Origin: Mobula hypostoma
Taxonomy: Eukaryota
Assembly: GCF_963921235.1 (NCBI RefSeq)
Contig: NC_086098.1
Coordinates: 237,150,001 to 237,214,000, forward strand
Length of the DNA: 64,000 bases
Direction of reading: 5' to 3'
The notes below the pieces were generated by a model. That model was not told the DNA's origin, searched no databases, and saw only the letters and a list, made by a program, of their open reading frames with translations. Shown here piece after piece: positions 24,430-35,814 of this stretch (the stretch's first letter is position 1; each line of letters begins with the position of its first letter). A program made the translations under genes and the position numbers.

Positions 24430-25910
24430 TTACCAAGTAGAAGGACAGGGAGATCAGTTATAAGCATATTGATATTACAGGGCATTTCAAGGTAAAGGAG
24501 GAGGCGGCGTTCGGTCTCGTTAAGAGCATTAAAGTACATAAGTACGCAGGGCCTGTTGGGATATACCCCGGCTTGTCGAGAAAGGTGACAGAAGGGATTG
24601 CTGGGGCATTGGCCAATATCTTGGTGTCTACCCTAGCTACAGGCAAGATCACGGAATAGTGGCGAATAGCTAATGTGTTTTCATTCTTTTAGAGAGGAAC
24701 AAGCGATAATCCTGGAAACTATAGAGCTGCGAGTCTCACGTCAGTAGGAGGAAAGATCCTGGAGTGAAACGTTAAAGATAGGATTTGTGATCATTTGGAA
24801 CATCATGGATTTGTACGGGCAAGTCGTGTCTGACTAACTTGACTGTTTCATAAAGAGGTGCGAGTGATTCACGTACATGGAACTGTGGATGCTGGCTACT
24901 TGGATTTTAGTGAGGCATTTAACCAGGTACTCATCTGGTGGCTATTCCAGAAGATGAAGAATTAACGGATCCATAGTGAATTGGTCATTTAGAATCACAA
25001 CAGGCTTGCACATAGAAGACAGAGGGTAGCGGTCGATGGACTTATTGTAGGCAGAGGTCTGTGATTAGTGGTGTCCTGCAGAGATCTTACTGGGAACTCT
25101 ACTGTTTGTGATCCATATAAATAACCAGGATAAAGACATATATGGGTGGTTGAGTAATGTTCCAGATTATATGAAGTCTACTGGTGTTGTCTGTAGTGTA
25201 GCTGTGTACATACATCTATTGATGCTTCTGGACACATCTTCAGTGATGCTCCTGGAATCATCGGGTGTTTCGGGTCTTTCAACATCATACAACCTCCTCC
25301 AGGTGACCCAGCCGGGGCTGATCAGACCCCAGCTTGTGTCCAGATCTGTCCAGATAAAGACATATATGGGTGGATGAGTAAGGTTCTAGATTATATGAAG
25401 TCTACTCGTGTTGTCTGTAATGTAGAAGACTGTCAAAGAATACAACAGGACATACATCATTTGCGGTGATGGATGAAGAAATGGCAGACGGAGTGTAACG
25501 CGGACAAATGTAAACTTGCACATTGCTAGATCAAAAACAAAGAGACGGTACACCGTTACGGACGCGATCCTTAACAATTTTGATGAACAGAGGGAACTTC
25601 GGGTCCAGTTCTGAACTCCCTGGAAGTGGTTTCATGGATTTACTGCGTTGTTAAGACGGCGTATGGAATGCTTGTCTTTATTAGCCGAGACATGGAGTTC
25701 AAAAGTCAGAAAGTTATGTTGTAGCTTATAAAGATCTCGTTAGGCTGCTTTGGGAGTATTGTATACAGTTCCGGGGCCCTAGTTATATGAAAGATGGCAA
25801 GGCTCTCAAGAGGGTGCAGAAGAGGTTTATCTGGATATTGCCTGGATGAAGACGAGGACGTGGTTTATGCAGAAGAGGTAGCCTCAGTTTGCCATTTCAT
25901 TAAATATTAA
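24430..25910 (+). mobile_element. CR1 RT fragment interrupted by a short insertion
   Basis: Degenerate CR1 RT sequence; 151-bp insert at 25202-25352 flanked by a 73-bp direct duplication. Confidence 0.75.
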
Positions 25911-28429
25911 ATTCATTTGGCACCAAATCCTGGACCGAATGGCCTGTTAATGTGCATTACTATGTTGTAACGGAAAAGTCCAAAGAAATTATTGGATGCA
26001 GCCCAGTCAATTACGCGTGGAACTCTTCCCATCAGTGACCACATCTAAAAGAGTTGCTCTTTCAGGAAAGCAGCATCCATCGTCAATCAGCTCCCTTCTT
26101 GCTGCTGCCATCACGAAGGTGGTACTCTAGCATGGGTCCCACGTCACTAGGTTCGGTAAAAGTTATTATCGCTGAACCATTAGTGTTGATAAAAGCAGAT
26201 ACATTCACCCAACTTCACTCTCCCCAAAACTGAACGGATTCCTGAACCCCTGGATTCATTTTCGCTCTCTGTCCAGCTCTTATTCTTGATATTTATTGCT
26301 TATTTATTTATTACGAATATTATGTGCTTTTTTTTCTTTGATGTATTTTCACACTGTGTTGTCTTTTGCCAGTATTTGTTGTGTGGGGCTTTTCATTGAT
26401 TGTCTTATTCTTTGTCTTTACACTGAATGCTCTCAAAAATGAAGCTCAAGATAGTATATGCTGCAAATATGTAGTTTGGTAATCAATTTGCTTTAACTTG
26501 GACTTTGGGGATGAGAGCGAGAAAGACACCGAACTCTCTGGAGTTTAGGGAAATGAGAGCGATGCTGTTGAAAGAGAAGATACTAAGTTAAAAAAAACAA
26601 AGGCGATGGGAGGTATGGCTCCTGTTTTGAATGCTGGTTGGGTGAGTGTTGGTGGATATAATGAGCAACAGTGACATGACCCCGTTCAGTCAGGGATCAT
26701 CAGTTTACGAAGTTCTCTCCCTCAGAGCCCTATCAATCTTTAGGCCCGGTCCTGTTTGGAGTGTGGAAAGGACAGTTGTTTCGGCACAATGCGATTCAGC
26801 ATCATCCCTTGCACGAAAATTGCCCCTTGGTCTGTCTATGTTACAGACTCTCCTCAGGGTTCTGCCACTTGTCATGCAAAGGCCAGCATTATTTCCTCCA
26901 AGTGTAACTTGCCAACAATGCAAAAAACTTTCTTATCACAATATGCCAATGGTGGAACCAGTACCAGTCTCCACTGAACACCGGTGGTAAAGTTCTCCAA
27001 ACTGAAAAAGGACACTTCAGAAGCACTCTCAGCCTTTATCCAAGCCTGCCAACCAGCCTAGCATGCTGAATCTTGTCAAAGATTCACATTGTCCATATAA
27101 ACAACAGGAAGTTAAGCGCACAATTAGAGATTACCAAGAATGTCCATACTCCAAACTGGTGCCCTCCGCCTCGATATATTCCTTCACTATTCATTGACTG
27201 TCTATTTCTTTCCTACCTGCTGGTTTATCACATTTGTTCGTCTTGTACCAATTCTGGCATGCTTGACGATATGGAAAAAATGTGATCGAGGTACATATCA
27301 TTTTAAGGAGTAATTAAGTTTGTGAGTGGGAATAGGCCCTGAGACTTGTAAAATGTACTGGTTAGTCTTGGACCATAAGACATAGCTGCAACGTTAGGCC
27401 ATTTGGCCCAGCAAGTCTGCTCGGCATTCCATCATAGGTAATTTATTATTCCGCTCATCCCCATTCACCTGCCTTCACCCCGTAACATAACATTCGGCTA
27501 CATTCCGAATCAAGAACTTATCGAACTCCATTTCGAATATACCTAAGGACGTGGCCTCCACAGTGGTGCATTGCAATGAACTGCACGGTGCTAATCTCTG
27601 TGTCAGTGATAGGAAGATCTCCGCTTTTATCCCAGCAATGAGCTACTGACGGTAATGGCTCTATAGCTTCTAGTACGGCATACTTGATGAACGGAATATC
27701 CAATCCTGTTCCTCCATCGCAGGCCGCATTGGCCAAATCTCTTTGTTACTCCCCAGGTAACAGGTCCTCAAATTAAACAAAGCCATATTTGTACTTGGTT
27801 CGAGGGGTTCCATTCCCAGTTTTGCTAACTGGTTTCTTTCAGCTCCTCGGGTTCCGAATGGCTTTCAACTGTTTCCGTGTTGCATCTCTGCACCCGTGTA
27901 TCTGCTCTGAGTAAGCTCTTTCTCTTGTTTCACGTGAATTGTTAAGACACGAATATACTCCCAACAGCGATTTAAATCAGCGAGTTAACTGGACGGGAGC
28001 AGTAAATAGCCGACTAAGCGATAGGCAGTGGCAGAGTGGTAATATTAATATGTTTCTGTGAAGTGTAACTATTTAGTTGCTAAATCAGACAATTGTACTC
28101 AACCATTTACTTTTCTGAGGGAAGTGAACTATTCTTCCCAGTGACCAGAACTAGCAAAGCAGATCATACGGTTTGCCACCAAATGCCCTGTTTAATATAT
28201 TACAGGAATGACCACATCTCATCAATTCGTTGATGATGTAAACCGCTTGCTGGGTTGTCTAGAATGGCGCCGGGCGCTAGCAAAACGCAGCGTCGCGAAA
28301 CTGCTCTGCAACGCCTGGAATGACATCAGTGTCTCTGTACCGCCACCTCGTGGTTACAAACCAAACTCCGCGCACTCAGAGTTATCTTTTCTCAGTATCC
28401 GCTCATTTTTTAGAACATAGAAGATAGAA

Positions 28430-30480
28430 ATTTACATCACATTGCAGACCCTTCGGCCCACAATGTAGTGCCGACCATGTAACCTACTCTAGAACTGTCT
28501 GGAATTCCCCCAGCGCATAGCCTTCTCTTTTACTGAGCTCTATGCATCTATCTAAGAGGCTATTAAAAGACCACATTGTTTGATTAATGATTAAGATTTC
28601 ATGATATGAACACATGTTGGGAAGAATTAAGAGTGAGGGAAAAGTGCAAGACATGTGGGATCAATTTTGGTGTTTGTTAATTTAAACTTAAATTAGAACT
28701 TCTTTCTTTATCTAAGTTTTATTTGTTTTCCTGTCATGGGACGGCTGTGTAAGTATGCTGTTCTGTATCTTCTCTGTGATATGCTGTGCTGCTTTGTAAA
28801 ATAAGAATAGAAAATTGAATTAATAAAAAAAGAACACTCCACCTATTCTCATAAGGTACACCCTCCATTCCAGGCAATATCCTTGTTAATCTCCCCTGCA
28901 CTCTCTCCATAGTATCCACATCTTTTCTGTCGTGTGGTTACCAGAACTGAACACAGTATTCCAGGTGGGGTCTGACCAAGGTCTTATATAGATGTAACAT
29001 TGCCTCACGCATATTGAACTCAATCCCTCAGAAAGTCCTCTCAGATACTGGACACTGCTAAGAATCTTTCCATTTATATTATATTCTGTCTTGGAATATA
29101 AACTACTTCACACTTCTCTGTGTTGAGGTCCATCTACCACTTCTCAGCCTAGTTTTGTATCTTATCGATGTCCCGCTGTAACCTTTGACCACCCTCCAGA
29201 CTACCCACAACATCCCCAACCTTTGTGTTGTCAGCAAATATACTAGCCCATTACTCTACTTCTTCATTCAGGTCATTTATAAAAATCACAGAGGAGGGTT
29301 CCCATAACAGGTGCCTGCGAAACACCACTGGTCACCGAGCTCCATGCAGAATACACAACATCTACCAGCACCCTTTGCCTTCTTTGGGGAAGACAATTCT
29401 GGATCCTCAAAGCAACGTCTCCTTGGATCCCGTGCCTCCTTACTCTCTGAAGGAGCCTTGCATGGAGAACCTTATCAAATGCCTTTCTGAAATCCATGTA
29501 CACTTCATCCTCTGCTCTATCTTCATCAATGGGTTTTGTTATATCCTCATAGAATTCAATCAGGCTCGTAAGGCACGATCTGCCCTTGAGAAAGCCATGC
29601 TGATTATCCGTAATCAGATTATGTCTCTCCAAATGCTCATAAATCCTGTCTCTCAGGACCTTCTGCAACAACTTTCCCAACACTGAAGTCAAACTCATTG
29701 GTCTACACATTCCTGGTTTACTTCTATTCCCTTTCTTGAACAAGGGAACAACAGCTACAAACCTCCAATCCTCCGGTATTTCTCCCATCACTCTTGATGA
29801 TGCAAACACCATTGTAAGTGGCTCAGCAATCTTCTCCATCGCTTCCCACAATAGCCTGAGGTGTATCTCATCCAGTCCCGGTGACGTATCTAACTTAATG
29901 CTTTCGAAAGTTCTTGCACATCCTCTTTCTCAATGTCTCCATGCTCAAGCGTTTCAGTCCGCTGTAAGTCATCCCCACAATTGCCAAGGTCTTTTTCTCT
30001 GATGAATAGTGAAGCACAGTATCCATTAAGTACTTCCGCTACCTCTCTGACGCCGTGCATACGTTTCTACTATCGCACCTCATTGGTCCCTTTCTCACAC
30101 AGCTCATCCTCTTGTTCTTCACAAGAATGCCTTTGGATTTTCTTTCATCCTGCCCAAGGCCTTCTGATGGCCCCTTCTGGCTCTCCTAATTCCATTCTTA
30201 GGCTTTTCCCCAGAAATCTTGTTATTTTCTAGAGCTCTAATAGTACCTAGTTTCTTGAACGATTCGTAAGCTTTCCTTTTCTGCTTAACTAAGTTTTCTA
30301 CATCCTTTGTACACCATGATTCTTTACCATCCTTTCCCTGCCTCAATGGAAATACCTATGCAGAGTTCCATGCAAATTTTCACTGAACATTTGCCACCTC
30401 TCCGCCGTGCATATCCCTCAGAACACCTGCTCCCAATTTATGCTCAGAAGTTTCTGCCTAACAGCATTATATTTTCCCCT
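28430..30480 (-). mobile_element. CR1 LINE fragments
   Basis: ORFs 29273-29851 (KGRSCLTSLIEFYEDIT...VYMDFRKAFDKV), 30119-30346, 28734-28919. Confidence 0.9.
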
Positions 30481-31714
30481 GTTACACTTTGACAGAGAGC
30501 TGTGCAAAACGTTGTCATTTTTAAATTCGCCTTCATCATTCCACAAATGAATTGTTTATTGGAAGTACTGGATCATATTCATTGAATAATTCAATGCTCG
30601 GAAAGTCAACAATCTCTTCTGCAGCTCATAAAGACTTTGAACATCATAATCCTTTCCGTAAGAGAATTTCAGACGTGTACACCGATGTGTTAATTTCCTG
30701 TCGTTACCCTTTTAATCGTTTTAGAAATTACGTTCAATAAATATTTAACCCCAACAAACTTATAGCTATCCACTTGATGCCACATTTTTTCTCTAATTAT
30801 CCATTGATATAATTCTTTAGGAATACTTTTCATTTCCTAATCAATACTTCTGCCTCGCTTTCTATCGTCAGCCATCCTTACACGATCTCACTAACTCAAG
30901 TGTAGATGCCAGCCACGAATTTATGGCTGTTATACTTGGCGTAAGGACGCTTGGAGAATCCTTAATCGGATGGACCCTGTAGCCGTCCAAGATTGGGTAC
31001 CCACCGATGGAACAAGAAATGGTGGCAAAAATAGAATGCAACTATGCACTGTCAACAGCCAGAATCCACCGGTTTACATCCCAATTCCAACTCCAAACCC
31101 TACTAACCGAATTTATCCTGCGGCACCGCATTTTCATCGCTTTTCTGCGATAATAATGATCCTTTACTTTGCCATCAATGGCGACTTATGTTATCTTAAA
31201 AAGAACTTCGGGTACTCTGATCCAATGTTTAAAACACATACGGAAATACTGGGAATATTTTCCATTGTTTTATTCATGATGTCGTGTTCTTGGCGTGTGT
31301 ATAGCGGGTTTGGGGGCAGGTGGTTGGTTGGTAAAAAGTGTCGGGTTTAGATGTCAGTGAGTTTGGATGTCGGATTACCAGCAGTGGCAGAGTTTCAGTG
31401 AAACTAGACCGAGGCTCATTGAGTTAAACCGCTGGCGGGATGTGGGGATCGGAACTCTAATGACCCTAATTACCCCCAGTGCTTCGACTAAGGACGATGA
31501 AATGTGATCTCATCACGTTGTGGGTCACGGCTATAAAGCTCATGCAATGGAAAACGGAGCTGACTCGAGAGGATGATTCGTCTCCCGTGTTCAGCTCGAG
31601 CCTTCGCACGGTGCAGAGACAGCATCAACTTTGCAGGGATCGAGAGCTATTCCAGCATTGGGGAATGACGGGGACTTTTATGGGAAAAGTTGGAAAGCAA
31701 GATCCACAGTCACT

Positions 31715-32030
31715 CCCCCCGTCCCCTTGTCTTTCTCCCCGGACCTCCTGTCCCATGATCCTCTCATACCCCCTTTGCCAATCACCTGCCCAGCTCTTGG
31801 CTCCATCCCTCCTCCTCCTGCTTTCTCCTATCATTTTGGATCTCTCCCTCCCCCTCACACTTTCAAATCTCTTACTAACTCTTCCTTCAGTTAGTCCTGA
31901 CGAAGGGTCTCGGCCTGAAACGTCCACTGTACCTCTTCCTACAGATGCTGACTGGCCTGCTGCGTTCACCAACAACTTTGATGCGTCTTGCTTGAATTTC
32001 CAGCATCTGCAGAATTCCTGTTGTTTCCAG
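31715..32030 (+). mobile_element. Penelope-derived 3' fragment with 7-bp target-site duplication
   Basis: Similar to the 3' region of the element at 5440-5830 (cctgacgaagggtctcggcctgaaacgt...cagcatctgcag). AGTCACT is duplicated at 31708-31714 and 32031-32037. Confidence 0.85.
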
Positions 32031-32040
32031 AGTCACTTAA

Positions 32041-32400
32041 TTGTTTTATCCAGGATCGTCCTAGGACCGAAGAAATATCCCACATAACCTTCCCAAACCG
32101 CGCAGTAATAGCCCGCGGAGTCATGGGGCTCCAGGATACTAATGGTCATGATGTAACAGTTGGCAGAGGTGCCTCTCGACGGTTGCAAACGGTCAGTGAT
32201 TCTGGTTCCACTCAGTATGGAATCATCTAGACTGTGCCTTCGTACCCACTCCGGAATTTCCCCGAGACGCTGTCGGTACCACTACATGTAGTGCTTATCA
32301 AAAGTTGGGTTGCGTATCTGACAATCTAAGCGGACGATCAGTCCCGCGGAGACGGGTCCAGATATCGATGTCTGATTGAGGACGGGGACTTCCAGTATTC
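32041..32400 (-). pseudogene. Pseudogenised germline-joined sigma-cart IgL VJ exon
   Basis: Manual translation: ILEVPVLNQTSISGPVSAGLIVRLDCQIRNPTFDKHYM*WYRQ...YYCAVWEGYVGYFFGPRTILDKT. TAG at 32284-32282; acceptor AG>AT; donor GT>TT. Colinear with 13560-13913. Confidence 0.92.
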
Positions 32401-32539
32401 ATACAATAAAATACAGTAAAACCACTGGTTGACCAGGGTGTGGCAACAGAAGTTAAACACGCGCAGAATACAAACAAAAATAGAGAACTTAACGAATTTC
32501 CGTGCAGATGATATGCCTTAGGGCCAACCGGACTCTCAG

Positions 32540-32588
32540 CTGGTATATGGACCAGCAGAGATCACAGAAGATGCAGCGTTGGGGACAT
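32540..32588 (-). pseudogene. Pseudogenised IgL leader exon
   Basis: MSPTLHLL*SLLVHIP (TGA at 32564-32562 where the intact copy has TGT); donor GT>CT at 32539. Confidence 0.9.
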
Positions 32589-32589
32589 T

Positions 32590-32770
32590 GCTCCAGACAG
32601 GTGGAAAAAGTGAGCGCCGAAATTTCTGACCGAACCGCACGCTGTTCTGCAAGCACTATGAGCTGCACCGGTTCCAGCGATTGTAAACCGGAGCCTCCGG
32701 TCCTGTTTATTAACCGGGATTTTAATTGGTGTGAAGCGCCAGAGAAAGGATGGGGGCGCAGATTGACTGC
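32590..32770 (-). promoter_or_regulatory. Promoter/5'UTR homologue of 14100-14270
   Basis: CAGGTG at 32598-32603; ctgtttattaa at about 32703-32713; gcgccag...ggggcg block aligned by eye with cluster 1. Confidence 0.55.
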
Positions 32771-34899
32771 TCTCCTTTAAAATATACCAAAGGAGAATTA
32801 AATGACGGTTTAAATCTTATCCTTCCATTGGTAAAACATTCAGTTTCAGTTGTGTCGCAGATCCAGGATTCTGGATGTTTGATAAGCATCCACAGCAAAG
32901 TGATTTGAGACAGAGGATTGATAGTTGCTTTCAGGAAAAACATCAGGCTTTTAAGATTCTTGTCCATAGTTTCAGTTGCCTCTACGTCCAGCAAATAAAT
33001 TTATCCAATCTCCACATTCTGTTTCAACTGTCACCAAACTTAACTCATTCAGGTCGGGGGGTGGGGAGTCGGGTGTGAGGGAAGCGAGGGGCAGGCTGGG
33101 ATTAGAAAACCACGCCGATATGCCGCTTTTTTACTTGTTTAACATAAGTTTTAAAATAAAGTGTATCGTGAAAATCTCCCGAAAATCGATAGATTCTAAA
33201 GCAGAAGGAACGGAGGCCTGGGTCGAACCCAACAAATTGAGTTCATTTTTTGAGCAAAGATCGACATATTTTGAGGTTAATCGTTGCAACCCCAGTGCAG
33301 CAACTGCGGAGATTAGGGTTCAGATTAACCGCCAGGGAACAAATGCCACGCCGGAAAATTCGCAATGCACGCTTTCCAGAATCAGCAGCCATGCTAATGT
33401 GTGGTCATTCACCACTGAAAGCACAGTTTAACATTGCAGGAGAGTTAGTCTGCGCATTTGAGGTGTAAGGTTGATTGCCTAGCGTTTGGCTCCGTTGAGG
33501 GCATGTATAACTGTTTTCCCTCACGGTAAACAGTTCTGGCTTGACACTTGATGCAGCCATAAACACTAAAAACTATGTGACTTTCAAGATTCAAGGCGCA
33601 ATATTGTTTATCTTAATTCTTCAGTACACGATTGGAAAGGAGAACGAAATAGTTGTTACTCCAGATCTGATGCAGTATTAAAACACACACAACACACATA
33701 AAGAATATAATAAAACGCCCTAAATATAAATATAAAACATTACAATGAACAGGATCGACAAGTAATTGTTATACACATGGACTGTTATCTGCAGAAAATG
33801 ACACTAGGTAATCTGTATGCAGTGATGGTGGGGCGAGTGGTGTTGGGGATGGGACAGTTAACGGGTAGTAACTGATGGCTTTGAGGAAGTAATTGTTTTG
33901 GACATCGTCTTTGTCCTTTATGTCATTGGCACATTACTCTATCCTTCTTAAGCTTGCATTAAGAAGGACATTTAAAAATCGCCAAGTAGCGACACCAGGA
34001 AACAGCTCATTATGAGGAACTGCAATCATATGCTCCAGAGGAGACACTAACATGAACAGTTCTGCTTGGTTTCATTGTGACCCACTCGACTCACGGGGCA
34101 TGAGAAGGCTAGTGGTTTCAAAGTGGGGTCGATTAGTTAGTGAAGTTACCGCCATCTATAGTGGATGCACCAGACCAGCGGTGATGGGCCTCTCCTCCCT
34201 TTGGCCCTGTCGAAGACCAGTTGGATAACATATTTAGGTGCGAGCTTATAGACGTCACGCTCAGCGGGCCCTGTGTGAAACATCACCTCTCGGTTCTACT
34301 GTACATAGTTTACTTCACCATCACCAGCATTCAACCGCACCCTTTACAGACTAATGTGGAATGTTGCACTTTAGGGGAACAGACCAGTGTTCCACATATA
34401 CAGTGAGCGTTTGGGTACTACAGAGTGCGGTAACACAGAGGGATCTGGGATCAATGTGTGGAGTACAGGAGTTGCGATGCAATGTTGTAGTTGTATTACA
34501 CTTTGGTGAATACATTTGGAATGTTCTGCCCAATACCCGCCACCCACCTAGAGGAAATATATCGATAAAATTGAAAAAGTGCAGATAAAATTTACAAGGA
34601 TGCTCCCACGGCCAAGGACCTGAATTATAGAGAAAATTGGACACTGTAGGCCTTTATTCTCTAGAGCAAATGAGAATGAAGGGAGATTTGATAGAGATAT
34701 ACAAAATTATGAGATGCCATTGTTCTGATTCTCGTTTTGGGCTGGCACATAAATACCTCTCAAACCAAAGATTCCCGGATAGACTGTTCCACGCCCCTTC
34801 CTTCTGAAGCCTCACCTGCATCTCCGTCAAGTTCAACCGCCGAAGTGAGACCGGAGCATTGCCACGCTAAGAGAAGGAACTATCTATCATTGAGTTTAG

Positions 34900-35520
34900 A
34901 ACTACTTCTTTTTTCCCCGTGTTTAGTGTCCGTGTCAAAGAAAGGTCCCGGTCCTAGGTTCTGTTCCCAAGGAGGGGTCCTGAATCTGTGTAAAGCCCGG
35001 CCTTGAGTTCTGTTCCCAAGAAGGGGTCCCGGCTCTGTGTTCTGTGTTCCTGCGTTCCGAGTTCCAGGCGCCCTGTTCCAGTCCTGTCCAAGTCAAGGCT
35101 TCATGTTCTCGTCCGTCCATGTGCCTCGTCCAGTCCAGGAGTCCCTCGGCAGTTTATTTCGGCAGTTCCCTCGGCTAGTGTCCTCGGTAGTCATCCTGGC
35201 CTTGCGTCCTAGAAAGCATCCCGGCCCTGCGTCCAAGAAGTAGTCCCGGCCCTGCGTCCAAGAAATGATCCTGGCCCTGCGTCCTAGAAAGTGTCCTGGT
35301 CCTGCGTCCTAGAAAGTGTTCCGGCTCTGCGCTCCGAGGAGGAGTCCCGGCACCGTACCCAGGAGCCTAACCAAGCAGAATATAAGAGCCGAGCCAAACC
35401 TAGTCCAAGAGCCACGTACTGCCCTGGAGTACCTCGTCCAGTCCACGTCCAAGGCTCTGAGAGTTCAGCCCACGTCCAATGCTCTGTGTTCCTGTGTTCC
35501 AAAAATTGAGTGTATTAGCC
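34900..35520 (+). repeat. LTR-element-like repeat containing an approximately 25-bp minisatellite
   Basis: About five to six tandem units like tcc(c/t)ggccctgcgtcc(t/a)agaa(a)g at about 35190-35330, plus internal duplications (ttctgttcccaag; ctctgtgttc). Confidence 0.55.
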
Positions 35521-35639
35521 ACTTATCACCTATATTCCGGTCGTGATTAACACTCCTCACCCCCCCCCACCCCGCCAACAGAATCTTCAGAAATGATTTG
35601 TAGAGAAAATCGGCACGTACATGCATGCGCACTGGTACC

Positions 35640-35814
35640 CGCGCAAGGCTTCATGGTCATTGTAGTCTCCGAGGTAAACAACGTATTTGACTGCTACTAT
35701 TGTCCGTTGGCAACTCTACACGCCCGCCCCCCCCCCGCCCCCCGGTCGGCCGGTCCTCAAGAATATTGTCAATATGAAACCGGTCCGCAGTGCAATAAAG
35801 GTTGGGGACCCCTG
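35640..35814. mobile_element. hAT (Charlie-like) DNA transposon end
   Basis: Ends in aaaggttggggacccctg, the reverse complement of a CAGGGGTCCCCAACC-type terminal inverted repeat. Confidence 0.55.

Noticed and set aside
28208-28420. CpG-rich 70-aa ORF considered as the missing C exon
   Set aside because: No Ig C1 motifs in the frames I translated; probably a retroelement fragment.
35190-35330. CRISPR-like appearance of the approximately 25-bp repeats
   Set aside because: The units are tandem with no unique spacers, in a vertebrate LTR-like repeat; this is a minisatellite.
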